From Bispira polyomma (lineage: Eukaryota): DNA of 64,000 nucleotides. The notes under the pieces are model-generated. The model was not told the DNA's origin. It worked only from the letters and a program-made list of their open reading frames with translations, and searched no databases. Positions 50,791 through 64,000 of this stretch are shown one piece after another. The stretch spans positions 70,680,001-70,744,000 of the forward strand of contig OZ287751.1 in NCBI GenBank assembly GCA_965649765.1, given 5' to 3'. Both the position numbers and the translations under genes were made by a program. The first letter of the stretch is position 1. Each line of letters begins with the position of its first letter.

Positions 50791-51822
50791 TTATATGTGT
50801 TTAGCAGTGGTTACAAATGTGCCTGTACTGCCCGTGGTCACTGTCGTTCGAACAGGATCCGTTATTGTAGAACTTACACACGGTTTTGGGCTTCTGTTGA
50901 TTCTGAAGACTTGCGAAATCTGTGGGTTCACTAGTGCCAACTGGGATGTACTTAGCCCATTGAGTGCCCACTGTGTCGAATTCGACCAATCTAGTCGTCC
51001 TTCCTCGAGTTCCTGCATGTTTGCCCCCCAGGCAGCTCGTACTGCTGGCCAGGGTAGGGACGCCGCGTCTCTAAACGTGTAAATCATCTGATGGATCATG
51101 TCTCTCATCATAGTCGGGTCTGATACCTGAGCTACGTTCGCTAATTGCCCAGCCGCCCATTGGGGAAGCGTTAACTCATCAAAATTTGGCCTTTTCTTAG
51201 CTGTGCCCCCCAGCCAGCCCTCATTCGCCCATCTCGACTGGGGGTCAGCGACACAAACGTCGGTTGTATTATATCTGCCTGATTTATGTCTAAGTGAGGT
51301 CTTACCTTGTGACAAGTCTTGTCTCAATTGCGTATCATAGGCGGCTAGTCGCTGGTTCACAGCAGCAGTCACATCAGGTATGGTTTTTAAGACGTCCAGT
51401 CTCGGTACTATCCCGTTACGCTGGTAGTCGTTGTGTGATCCATGTTGCGAGGCCGCTCGGCCGTATAATGAGTAGGGCAGTGTTGGTCGCAGATTCTGTG
51501 GTAGTATCGGGGCTGTATGTTGCTCATGTTGTCGTAAATCGAGCATGGTATCGTTTCTAGCCGGGGACGTCAATGGAGTAGAGTTTGACGCTCCTTTCAT
51601 CTCAACTCTGTCCAACCGTTTATTAATGTCTGCATTAGCAGATTCGAGGCGTTTGAGAATACCCATTACCTCTTGCATGTCATTGTTACCATTACTGGTT
51701 GGTGATATGTCCTCCTGCAGATTCCTAACGATCGGGTCGGCAGTCTTCTTTTTCCTCGTTATAGTTGACGGCTTTTTTCTAGCCTGTGGAGCACTACCGG
51801 GAACTACCTTACTTTTCCCCAT
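50791..51822 (-). pseudogene. gag: Gag-like protein, copy 3; CCCH-type finger in a shifted frame
   Basis: KSGRY, FDELTLPQW, DAASLPWPAVR; alternative frame CKFYNNGSCSNDSDHGQYRHICNHC. Confidence 0.8.
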
Positions 51823-52199
51823 ACTCTCTGTGTTGTAGTTTATAGTATAGTATATTTGTAAAGTTATCTCAACGTAAAAAAATAAAATCCTAAAATAATT
51901 TTCACAAATACAAAATCACAATGTTAACTCCTTGAGATCTTGTACAAAATGGTGCTCAACTTGGGGCAGCATATTCAATTTCAGAGAGGGGGTGATTGGT
52001 GATTGGTTATTGATTCTATGTGGGATGGACAGAAAGTGGAACAAGAAAAATGCTTTGAAAAAGGGGTTGCTAGTGGGAGGGTGAACTGACACAGTAGGCC
52101 CCTAAAGTGGTCATGCAAGTCAAACCCTTCAGAACCCTTGACTGTGTATAGTTGAAACTGAAAGCACATATTTGTTTGAATAAATTAAGAAACCCCTTA

Positions 52200-53170
52200 A
52201 ATGCAAGTTTAATACAGACATATGCTACAAATTGATAGAAAAGATTAAACCAGCGTTATTGTAAAGTCAACACTCATTGTAACAATTTCCCACATTATTT
52301 CTCATTTTTTTGTATTTATATATATATATATTCTCTTTGGCTGTAACCCCAAAAAGCTAAGAGTCAATTACTTTAAATTCAATAACCATAAATATAGACA
52401 TAGGATGAACATCAACCATGTATTAAGACACGTGTATAATTAAAGCATGTAACATTCATTCATCACAGAATAATTAAGTGCCCAAAATCCCAACTCAGAC
52501 CACCAGTTATGTCTAAATGTAATGTGCTAGTAAGAAACATAAGACTGACATACTGACATTTAAAGATCCCAAAAGAGTGTTGGGGTTGGGTGATTGGATT
52601 CTCCCTCCATTATTCAATGTAGTCATAATGTGGTGTGGGATCAATGGTGGCAACTGTCTGTGTCACTCTGACTTTGTTTATTTTTACAGATACAAAAAAG
52701 CTCACCAGAACCTGTCCACAGACTATGTATTGCACATTTTGTGACGTGTAGATAATTACCAATACTATCTTATAGATTTTTAGATTTTATGTAGATACAT
52801 GTAAACAACCATATTTTTAAAAATCATTAAACAAATAAATAGATTTATCCAGCCCAACCATTGATTTAACTGTTTTTTTGTACAGATCTAAAAACCTTCC
52901 GAAACTTTTCCGCAGACATTATATTACTATTTAACATAGAGAGATTTTAATTATTAGACTGACATGCAAATAATTAACATTTTTATATAAAAAAATTTGA
53001 ACAATTAGATTTATCTAACCCTACTTAGGCTCATATGTGACTTTGAACACTACTTTGTTTATTAGATTCATGGAAAACTATTGTTTTTCACAGATTACAA
53101 AACTCACTAGAACTGGTCTACATACATTGTAGTACCATATAGATAGACAAATTGAATGTTTAACAGTGAC
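52200..53170. repeat. Inverted copy of repeat A, upstream of retrotransposon copy 3
   Basis: Reverse complement of 27250-28130; also matches 61640-62290. Confidence 0.85.
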
Positions 53171-53174
53171 ATAA

Positions 53175-54140
53175 ATGATAATAATAGAAACAATTATATA
53201 GCGCAAAATTATAAGAATCCCCTAATGCGCTGAGTCCCAAAAAGGGATTGTCTGTTGTCCAGCAAAGGTTGTTACCCAGTGAGCCCCAACCAGTGAGTAA
53301 GTAAGGTGGGGGATATGCCAGTTTGAACAAGTGAGTCTTGAGCTGGCTTCAAAAACCTGATATTGTCTGCTGTGATCTGACATTTTGTGGTAACCTGTTC
53401 CATTCCACCGGTGCCGCAACAGCAAAGCTGCACCTTACAATTTGTGGTTTAGTGCGGAAAGAAACCAATAGCCTATGTCCACAAGTAAGGGTGCTGGACT
53501 TGAATAAAGACGATATGTAGGAAGGTTGGGAGTAGTTAATAGCCTTAATAACCAGCAGGTTGTACTTAAAAAAAAGTGATATTCAATGGGAAACCAGTGG
53601 AGTTTTTAAATGTAGAGGGTGACATGACTGAATATGTCAAGCCTGTAAACAATGCGACAGAGAGCATTTTAGACTCTCTGAAGTTTGGCAATATTAGCCT
53701 TACTGACCCCATATAGTAAAGAGTTATAATAGTGCAAGCCACTACTAACCATAGCATTTGCCACCAGAAAAGCAGTATAAACTCTGAGGAACCTACAAAT
53801 TCGTCGCAAGTTGCGTATATGATAGTAACAGGCAGGGCAAACCTCGGCAATATGGTTGTTAAAAGGAGTTGTCTGAGTCAAAGATGACACCCAGGTTTTT
53901 TACCTCCACTGATAGAGTGATATTGTTTTAGAGGAATGGAATAGGAAATTTTGATGTGAGTGACTTTGTGGTGGGTTTGTTACCTATAATGATGAACTGA
54001 TGTTTTATCTGGGTTGAGTTTTTATTTTGCACAATCCATCCACTCCTGGAGTAATTGTAAGCAGTCAATCAGCTCAGCAATAGTCAAAGTTCCTGGAGTC
54101 CAGTGCCAAATATATCTGTGTTTCGTCAGCATACAGGTGA
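53175..54140 (-). mobile_element. LINE (CR1/L2 group) 3' fragment, decayed
   Basis: KLNPDKT, VKNLGVIFD, YYHIRNLRRI, YNSLLYG, LQRV, LHWFPIE. Confidence 0.88.
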
Positions 54141-57100
54141 TGGATAACATTAAAATTTGAAATGACTTGACTGAGGGGGCCAGCATATAATTAATTTTAA
54201 GAATTAACCTCCATTCAATATAAATACCCTCAGCGTCTACAGGGCAGTTTGAACACAAAGGTTATATTATTTCCCACATTTGGTTATAGTGACCATAAAA
54301 TCTTATAGCTGTACAAAAAACGTAGCCGAGAGTTTCGATAAGACAATTTGGAGATGGCACTCTAAAAGCCAATGTTCACTGATGCTGGGAAAACTTTTTT
54401 AAGATTTTTATTTTTCAGTAAATCCAAGTATCAGAGTGGCCACACTAAAAAGCATGGGACATAATATTGTCCATTAAAGGGGCCTTTGTTGTGCTATAGG
54501 TAACATACTCGTCTCCCACCTCTGCACTGTGGGTTCTACTGTTGGCCCTGGAAAGTATGTGAGAAAGTTGGAAGTATACTTGGTGAAAGTCGGTGGTTTG
54601 CAGAGCAACTTGACCATCCACCAATAAACTCCCCATCATGAGGAGACACAAAACGTGTTAAAAGCAACGTCAACCCCAATTTAAACCAAGCAAAAAGGAA
54701 AACACATATATTTTATCAACTTTGCAAGATTTAAAGAGTTCGTAAATCTTTTAGAAAGGAAGTAGCAAAACATTAAGTGAAGCATGAATTATTAATATAC
54801 GTCTTATTAGTATCAAATATAAAGCTGTATATTCTGTCACAAAACCATAGTTATCTTAATCACAATGGTCAGAGATATTAGTAACCACCGAGTTTAACAT
54901 GGATGGGAAAATTGCCTGTGACCATGACAATTGGCCTCAAAACTAAAGCCTGGTTTTCTAGCATGTGGCTTGTTTTAGTCCTCTTTTGCAAAAAGAAAGT
55001 TACATTTAAATTGAAATTTGATTTTGGAGTTGATCAACTACATTCAGCATTTGTCCTGGGTATGGTCTAAGGCCAATCATGCCCTCCGGCTCTTCTGTAC
55101 AATTAATTTTGTCTATACAGTTTTAAGATGGTTTTCAACATTTTCCTGTTTTAACATGGTTTATCTGTTCACTATTTCCATGGCTTAGGCAGTTTTTACC
55201 AAGCTGCATTTTGCCTACAAAGGTAAGACATAAATTAACTATTCCGCCATGTTCAGATTGTTTCTGGGTCATCCGTGTGTCTGCAGCTATCACTGCAGTA
55301 TTATTTACTGGTTAATAAATCTTAAGTTTAGATATCTATGCTTCGATAAGATGAGTGTCCATTAGTACACAGCTGTTAACTGGTTTGCCATCACTTTACA
55401 GCAGTGCTTGAAAATACAAGCATCAAGCTTTATTAGGAGGCAACACTTCCTCATCTACCTAATATCACTATTAGACCACCATTCAAAAATTTATCAATTT
55501 GTGATGTGACTTATATAGGCCATAGTTTTATATCTAACCCCTATTTTGCTTTCGAAAAATTACCATCTTGATGCCTCAATCAGTTGGCGAATTTTACCCC
55601 TATTGACACAAAGCAATGGATGACCTATTTTTCAAGCCCTGTGGAATGCTCATTAAGGTAGAATTCAGAAACTGTATTTATTTGGGTTTGTCTCATTTTC
55701 CCCCAGTGAGAGCATTGATAAATGGGTTGCTATTTATACCCATGGGTACATTGTTGTTCCATGTTAAATTCTCTTCTTCTTGACCGCCGCCCACTGGCGC
55801 TAAATTCAGAAGACAGTTAGCACCAGTATTGGGCATTGTATATCTATATAATCATTCACACTTTCTTGAGGCTCAGGTTTCTCAATCGACTACAGTGCTA
55901 ATGTGAGTGTACATGAAATTCACAATTATGACAGCGATCTTGTACTTATGACATGTTACTTACCACTTCTAGTCCACGGTATGAATGTGGAAAGTTGGCG
56001 GTTTATTTGCTGAAGGCTAATAATTCGCAATGCAGAAATCTTATGCTTTCCTCCACCAACAAATTTCCTGTTATGATATTATATACAGGTTTGTTTTCAG
56101 GCAATGCAAATGTAGTTTTCCTTACCTCCTCTGCAATCGAAAATACTATTTTGGGATGGTGACAGTTAAACTTCTAATATTAGTAAAAAGCTACAATAGC
56201 TATGTTGTTAAGATCTTACAAAAGGGACACAAAGTATATACAGAAGGAAGCAACACTAAAATATTGTACACAGGCGATACACAAAGATTTCAGCATTATT
56301 TTTTTATTTATATTTTGGATAAAATTCAATAAACTGTAAATTTTAGGAAATACTGTAACATAATTTCTCAGGAAAAAGTTTTCTTCGCATATCTTTGAAA
56401 TATGGTGTACGATGTCTGTGGGTATTTCAATTATTTAAAAATTAATATTAAAGTTGTTTCTACCTGACATCATTAGAACAAAATCTTCACTTAAAGCCTA
56501 TGTTAAGGCCACCACAGGGTAAATATGGATTTAACACAAAACTATTTTTTAATTCGAATGTCACTTTTTTCCTGCAGAATAGGACTAAAATAGGCCACAA
56601 ACTAGAAACCCGTACTTTGGATGTCAATTGTCATTGTCACAGAAAAATTTTCCACACACCCATGTTTATTCTGATTTTGTAGTTAATTCTTAGTTTTCGT
56701 TCTTAGTCTTAATTGTCCTAGTTTTTAAACACGACAAATTAAAAGTGATACACACTTCTCACTAGATGAAAAACAATGAGCAGTATATCACTCATTGTCT
56801 CAGACATTAGACATACCCTTGGACATTTTATTTTTGCCTTGACATTTTTAAAGTCGTGTCACATAATTTAGAATATATTTTAGACTGCATACTAGCAGAA
56901 TTCTGTAAGAATTCAGTAGTGGGGACAGTGTTACCACTAACAGTAGCAAGCATTGAGACATGAATATTTGAACTATCAGATGCATTGAGACATGAATATT
57001 TAAAATATCAGGATGATCCTGAATTTGTGTCAGTTGTGAGTTTGAGGACCCAGATAGTGCTGGTTCTGTGATTCACTCTGGCCACAACGTTGTTCTATCT

Positions 57101-57479
57101 TACAACCTCAGAGCATGACGTTCACTTACAATTTGATCGGAAACATTCTAACCCAAAACACCCTTGTCACTAGTAGCAATTGTTACTCGCCTGGACTATG
57201 TGGATGAGAAGACTGCAGTCTTTACCTTCTGCACACTGACTGTTCTGGTAGTTACACCTCTTTCCAGGAGAAGCCTTGTCTGAACTGACAAGTATATTTT
57301 ACCTTTATCATGTGGCATAGTAGGAAGTAAAACTAAAAACAATTAAAATTGGAATAACATGTAAATATTAAATTAAGTAAATAGCCACCTAAGTATACAA
57401 AATGTGCAATGTGTTGCAATGCTTGGTGGTGAAAAAAACCAGCATTATTTAATTGCTTATGCTATTGTTAGCCATATCT

Positions 57480-58850
57480 GACAGGGCCACCTGCCCTACA
57501 CAATGAATTGTCAGAAATGAGCTGGTCCTCAGAAAGCTACCCCGCAAAATTATCAAGTTGTGGAGTTTGATCCATATAATTAATTGTCACATCGGTATAA
57601 TAATACCACTTGGAATTTTAGAAATAAACGAAGTAGTTTGAAGATATACTTTTTAAAATACAGTCGATTAGCCCAAGAATATAGTGAAACAGTAAAGGGG
57701 TGACCGTTTATTTGAAATAAATCAGTCTTTGACTTGACCTTCTCTTTTGTTTTAAACTTGCATTTTGGAAACAATTAAATTTTTGGGGTTTTACGTGTAA
57801 TAAGCCAAGAGGAAAATCCTTTCCCTTTGTGATTATTTTTGTTTTATTTACAACAGGGCGAGTGGACACTCTGCCATTTCTCTCAATATCGCCTGTAGCA
57901 GGTTTTTTTGAGCTACAGGGGCTCAGTTCTTTCCCTTTTAGCACGTCTCTATACGACTTTTTCACACTTTTGTTAGACCATGGAAATTGGTTAAAATACA
58001 GTTTATCGAATAATGTAAAATCTTTAAACTCAGAATTATATACAACCCTAGAAAACGTCCCATCAGTCTGTATTTTCACATCTACTGCATAACTGCATTG
58101 GCCCCTTAGTTTTTTGACGTCTCCTTTTTAGGGTACAACTTTGTCTGATGCACAGAAAAATCATTGGCGTCTTTGTCTGATGCACAGAAAAATCATTGGC
58201 GTCTTCCATTAAGTTTGCTAAATGATAGGGCATAGCTTCTCGCACCTCAGGAGTTTTCAACCTGCGAGTGCAAATTCTCATTGGAGCAAGACATCTAAAG
58301 AAGGTACAACAGCCTCAACTACTGGCTCAGTTACATTACTGGTACTACCGACACTTGACTGAATAGAAGCTATACATGCCTTCCTGGCGCTGGGTGAACA
58401 CAGCGCCACCTCTGTAACCTGTACGAGTTGGTCCAGGTTATCCACATTTTTATTTAACGACTGCATTTGTAAAAAAATTTGTCCAGATACAGAGTCAGCG
58501 ATTTCTGCAGTAGCATGGCCAACTGTGGGCACATCATTGACGAGGCTGGCATCATGATTATACCAGCACCGCTTTCCAACAGGTAGTTCATGTTTCTCTA
58601 GACACATACTACACTGATACTACTTTCTAGGAGGCATATTTTTTTTCATAAAATGAGGTTAAAATACTAAAGTAGGGTAGTAAAAGTAAAAGTCCTTATT
58701 GTAAAATACTCTAAATGTAAAATAATAATAATAGTGCTGGGTGGGTGCCAAACCCTTTTAAACTTAGCCTCGTCACCTCAGGTGGCCTAATTGCCCCTAT
58801 CAGCCTGGTACCAGAAATGAGGGGCTCTCGCCGAGGCATCAGCCCACTAA
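57480..58850 (-). mobile_element. Tyrosine-recombinase retrotransposon copy 4: internally deleted 5' remnant closely related to copy 2
   Basis: VGKRC, DVPTVG, DSVS.QI, EAVVPSLD and LANLMEDA.DFS match copy 2 gag; promoter block conserved. Confidence 0.85.
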
Positions 58851-59009
58851 ACCCTGTCCATGATGTATTTAAAAATATAATAATTTGCATTTTAGGTCTA
58901 AAAGGAAGAAACCACAGATTTTTTTTTAGTGAAGTAGAAAGATTTGTCATATAAATCAACTTAATAATATTTAACCAATATTAAATTACACAAGTTTGTT
59001 CTATCAGAT

Positions 59010-62000
59010 TTTCAAATAAAACATTTTCTTTTTGATGTAGTTTTATGCAATGTTGTGTAACATAAACAACTATAAATGAACTAAACAAACAACAAAATAT
59101 TACAAAAAAAAACTGAAGACACAACAAAATATCATGATTGTTCACAAGATGTATGTGATATTTTTTAGACTGGGGGACAAATATATTAATATTTTTAAAA
59201 AAATGATTTGTTTAATGTCTGACACTTATAACACCTTCAGTTGAATGCATTTAATGTATTATTTTACTCTGTCATAAGTAAAAATTGTCCCATTCTTGGT
59301 AATTGTAAGCAACACAATGATAAAGCTTATAAATTTTATTTTCCAAAAGGGATCATACAGTAGGCTGTAGTATTGCAAAAGTGTTTCTGTCTTGTTGATG
59401 GATTTTATTTTACCACATTAGATGGAAAAGCCAAAAAACCTGAAGAACTCTTTCATACACTGCATTAATCCTAAAGAACTTAAACCATTCACTAGAATTA
59501 ACGATAAAGCTGCCAGAGTAGCTTGGAGCCTGTGATATTTATGGAATTACAGATCGTTAGCAATGAAACATTTTGTTTTATGTCAAAGAATGGGAGAAAG
59601 AATGTAAAAGAATCTTCAAAAAAATGTGTTTTCGTCAACAATACATAAGCAATAACTCAAATAGGAAATCTTTAAGCGAGCAATAACTCAAATAGGAAAT
59701 CTTTAAGCGACATTCATTTAGAAAGGCAAGGAAAAACATTCATAAATAATTGTTAAATAAACCTGAAATTTGTAATCTAATATGGCTGTCCAGAGGCAAA
59801 TTGGTTTCATGTCTAGATGGACAGTTCAATTTAGTTTTGAGCCACATTCAACACCTTTAGTCATAATGTGCTGGTCAAATTTACTGTTGGAGGAATGTAG
59901 CACTATTTGAAACTTTGCCGCACAAAGAAATTGGCTGCAATTAACCCAACTGTCATTAGAGGTGAGAGGTTAACTACATTGTAACATATCTAGTGCACTT
60001 GTTGTTGGTAAATTTGTTCAATCCATAAGCTTGACATATGGCTTCAGCTATAAGGCATTTCAATTTGTACTTGGATATTTGGTAAATTACACAATTTATG
60101 TATTTTCCGTTAAAACAGAATATATACCTATAATATTTGAAATAATCTGATTATGAAATGGGTTGCACAAAATAATATAAGTTTCACTATAACAATCTCA
60201 GACACACTATATCAACAGGTGATAGCCCATTTTAGATGGCGACATCAGTTCAGTCTGCAGAACAACAATAGCACATGATGGTCAAATAGCCCTACATTAC
60301 TTTGGTCTACCCAAAACAGTGCAATTTCCCATTTTTGTTATGCCCACAGGTAACATCAAGTTTACACAATTTATTTTACAGCTGCAGTTGTATTGTCTGG
60401 AAACACATTTACATAAAAACTTTTAATTTTCTAAAATAATTTTGTTTATTTTTCTCCACCTATAAAACGATTGTGTTTCTAAAGAGTGTGCTTACTTTTG
60501 ATTATTTTTCTTTGTATCGATTCTGCCTTACATATTACACATTTCTAAAGGAAGAGAATATAAAGATGCTTTAAATTAGACATTGAAACAACCCCCTGAA
60601 ACTGGTCTATTTGCTGGCTTTGTTGTGACTGACAGGTGATGGTATCACTTTACACAGTGCCCCTGTAAAGACATGTCAGGGACTTTTTTATGGACTGGAA
60701 GTTGCAGTTATATTTTTTATTTTACTACTCAGACATCAGTAAAGTAGGTTTAGATTGATTTAAGCCTGGTGTTCTTTGTAACACATACAACATTCATGTC
60801 AATTGTTTTGTGTCTTTCTGACCAAAGCTTAGTGTTTCTTTAAGACCTTTATCTGTAAATATATAAGGTATTTTTGGCACACCAATCTGTAAATTCCAAA
60901 AAAATCTTGCTGGTAATGCAAATGACGATAACTTGTTTTCTTCAACCAAGGTTATGTTTTTAATTGATCAGGTTCGAAGGGCTGATCCAATATCTTTAGA
61001 ATTTTAATTTTAGTTCGATTTTACGTTGCTTTTAACAGCTTATCACAACGGCCAGATCCAATGGTGGAAGAAGCCAGTCCTGTAAACCACCTACCTACTT
61101 TAGTTTTACAGAACTGTGGCATCTAAGACGTCTAGTGTAGCTGTAAAATCAGGAATTCTTGGCTATGTCTTTTATAATGCAAACTTTATCATAATACAAG
61201 TGAATTATATTATTTATTATTTCAGTTCATGTGTAATGTATCATAGTTTTATTGTTGACACTTTTGAAGAACAGAACCATCAACACTCTATTCAAATACA
61301 TTCAGTCATTCCATGTATTGATTTGATCCAAAAAATGAGAAGAAACAATGATGTTGGAAATATCTACATGGGCAAGACTTTTTGTGCAGAGTTTATATGT
61401 AAATAGAAAACCATGGAGTAGATGACTAGTGTTATTGCAGTTCACTAGTGTTCAAGGATTGTCAAAAATACATTACTCCGATTGGATTGTAAGACACCAG
61501 GCACACATGAAGCAGCAATACCTTTAAATATTTACAATATTCAGAATTTATCCATTTTACGGTCAAATTGCAGGCAGTTACTGTTTAACCTTCAATTAAA
61601 AAAAAACAGATACCTTGACTGTGTAGAGGTGAAATTAAAAGCACATAGTTTAATACAAACAGATGCTACAAATTGATAAAATACAGAAACTTAAACCAGT
61701 CTTATTGAAAACTGAATACTCATTGTATCATTTTTATCTCTCATTTTTCTTGTTTTCATATATATATATTTTACCTTGGGCTATAACACCCCAAGTTAAG
61801 AATCAATTACTGTAAATTCCATAGCCATAAATATAGACATAGGATGAATATCAACCATGTATTTAAGACACATGTATAAATACAGCATACAATATTCATT
61901 CATCACAGATTAAGAAGGGGTAAAAAAACTCAAACCACCAGTTGTGCCTAAATGTAGTCAGAAACATAAAGACTGACATACTGACATTTAAAGATCCCTA

Positions 62001-63290
62001 AACTACTCCACAGACAGTATGTTACCTATATAGATATATAGATTATAATTAGTACAGTGACATGCAAATAAATAACATTTTTTAGATAAAATCTTTGAAT
62101 AATTAAATTTATCAAGCCATACTTGGGCTTATATGTCACTTTAAACACTACTTCGTTTATTATATTGACATAAAACTGTTGTCAGATTACATAGCTCACC
62201 AGAACTGGTCTACAGATATTGTAGTACCATATAGATTGATAGATTATTTTACAAAATCATCAAATAAATAGATAGATTGTTACCTAGCGTGTCTATGTGT
62301 AGACAATTGTCGAGAATTAGGAGTTTCTTTTAAATTAATAGTCCGAGCCGAAGCGGAGAACAATTAATTTGAAGAAAGGCAAATTGCTGACTTAAACTGG
62401 TAAAACCTAAGGTGACACTAACAAATTGTAATTTTAGGTCCTTTTAAATTTGTAAATACACATATACCCATTATAAATACAAATAAAGGAAAGGAGATAC
62501 AATTTGATGTTAAGATAATAATAGATAATATATAATAATTTTGATGAATAAATGTAATATTTATTTAAAAGTTACTAAATATGATGTACCAATGTTAACT
62601 AGAACTGATTAATTTATTAAACAAGGCAATTAATTAAATTAATTATTAGAAATGCACTGATATGTGACACAGCTATAAAGGGGTTAATTTTAATAAAGTA
62701 TTACCATTTTCAAACATGCCAGGGAAAGTTAATGATCCAAAATGTATTTAGTAACAACTTGGAGAGTGACAGTGACAGGGTTGAAGATGTAGCTGATTTT
62801 TTTTCTAAATATTGAACATGGAATACCGAATAGTGCTCAGAAAAAAACATGTAATCAGTATTTGGACATACATGTATAATACCATAGATTCGTTGCTAAG
62901 AGTCAATTACTTTAAATTCAATAACCATTAATATAGATATAGGATAAAAATTAAAGTTTTATTAAAACATGTGTATACATACAGCATATAATATTCATTC
63001 ACCGCATATTTAATTAAGTGACCAAACAAAGCTCTGACTACTGGTTGTGCCCAAATGCAATGTGCCAATCAAAGACATAAAGACTGACATACTGACATTT
63101 AAAGATCCCTGTGGAGTTTTGGGTTGGGTGATTGGATTCTACCTCTGTTATTCAATGTACTTATAATGTGGTGTGGTATCAAAGGTTGAAACTGTTGTGT
63201 CACTTATTTTTTAAAGATACAAAAAAAGCTCAGTACAACCTTACCACAGCCAATATATTGCACATATGGGGACATGTAAATAATTAACAA
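59010..63290. repeat. Inverted copies of the non-coding repeat blocks (matches 38985-39090, 33740-35460 and 27150-28130)
   Basis: Colinear reverse-complement matches. Confidence 0.8.
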
Positions 63291-63339
63291 GCGTATATTA
63301 TCCACATATAAATATATATATTTTGTAAATAATTAACTA

Positions 63340-64000
63340 TAACTGATTATCCTGCTGATAATGCCACTGACCTATACACACAGTACTGCGCTGACCTGCA
63401 GTCTCTTATAGAACGCCATGCACCATGTAAATCAAAGACATTGAAGAAGCCGGCACCTGAGTGGATCACCAGTAATTATCGTGAAATGAAGATGCTGCGC
63501 AGACAAGCCGAACGAACATGGCGCCAAAACAAAACTACTACAAATAGATCTAGACTACACCAATGAATCACCCGGTGCAATAACACTATAAATGACTCAA
63601 AACGTGCCTACTATGCCAACATGATATCACAAAGCGAGGGTGACCCGAAGAAACTTTGGCAAAAACTAAATAGCACCCTCCACCGTAAAAAACAGACTAT
63701 ACCACCCGAAAATTCCAATAGCAAATCACTGGCAAACATTTTTAATACTTTTTTCACTGATAAAATTACCAGAATCCGTGACGGTTTTACATTAGCTGCC
63801 CCAAATGCTCCTATACAAACAGCTCTACCAACCATCTTCAACTGTTTCTCCACAGTAACTGTTGATGAAGTCAGGAAAATTATACTGGCATCACCCGTAA
63901 AATCTTGCTTGCTAGATCCGTGGCCCACATTCCTTGTCAAAGAATGTATTGACATTTTATTGCCCTCAATCACAAAACTTATCAACCTCTCGTTGATAAA
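63340..64000 (+). mobile_element. LINE (CR1/L2 group) ORF2 fragment running off the window
   Basis: PEWIT, DPKKLWQKLN, FNTFFTDKITRIR, KSCLLDPWPTFLVKEC.D.LLP.ITKLINLS. Confidence 0.88.

Larger units (their letters stand above)
47550..52150 (-). mobile_element. Tyrosine-recombinase retrotransposon copy 3 (more divergent subfamily), RT partly deleted; ends approximate
   Basis: gag 51822-50791, pol remnants, RNase H, YR. Confidence 0.9.

Overview
AT-rich animal genomic DNA (probably a marine invertebrate; host not identifiable from sequence alone) made almost entirely of mobile elements, with no clear host gene. Positions 1-18910 are the right part of a decayed Polinton/Maverick (adintovirus-like) element. 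It carries the ATPase tail, rve integrase with chromodomain, minor and major capsid proteins, a basic core protein and an adenain protease. It also has an opposite-strand protein-primed PolB whose C-terminus is fused in frame to a NADAR-like domain, and an accessory block of intron-containing genes: two LRR-cap type I membrane proteins and a four-exon PC4-like gene. The element ends in CTACTACT and abuts a LINE RT. The rest holds four tyrosine-recombinase (DIRS/Ngaro-like) retrotransposon copies, a Harbinger, LINE fragments, a SINE, a MITE and a recurring multi-kb non-coding repeat. The retrotransposon copies share a candidate -1 frameshift signal for Gag-Pol and candidate splice sites that would fuse Gag to the recombinase. 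All family calls are from motif recognition by eye; no searches were run.
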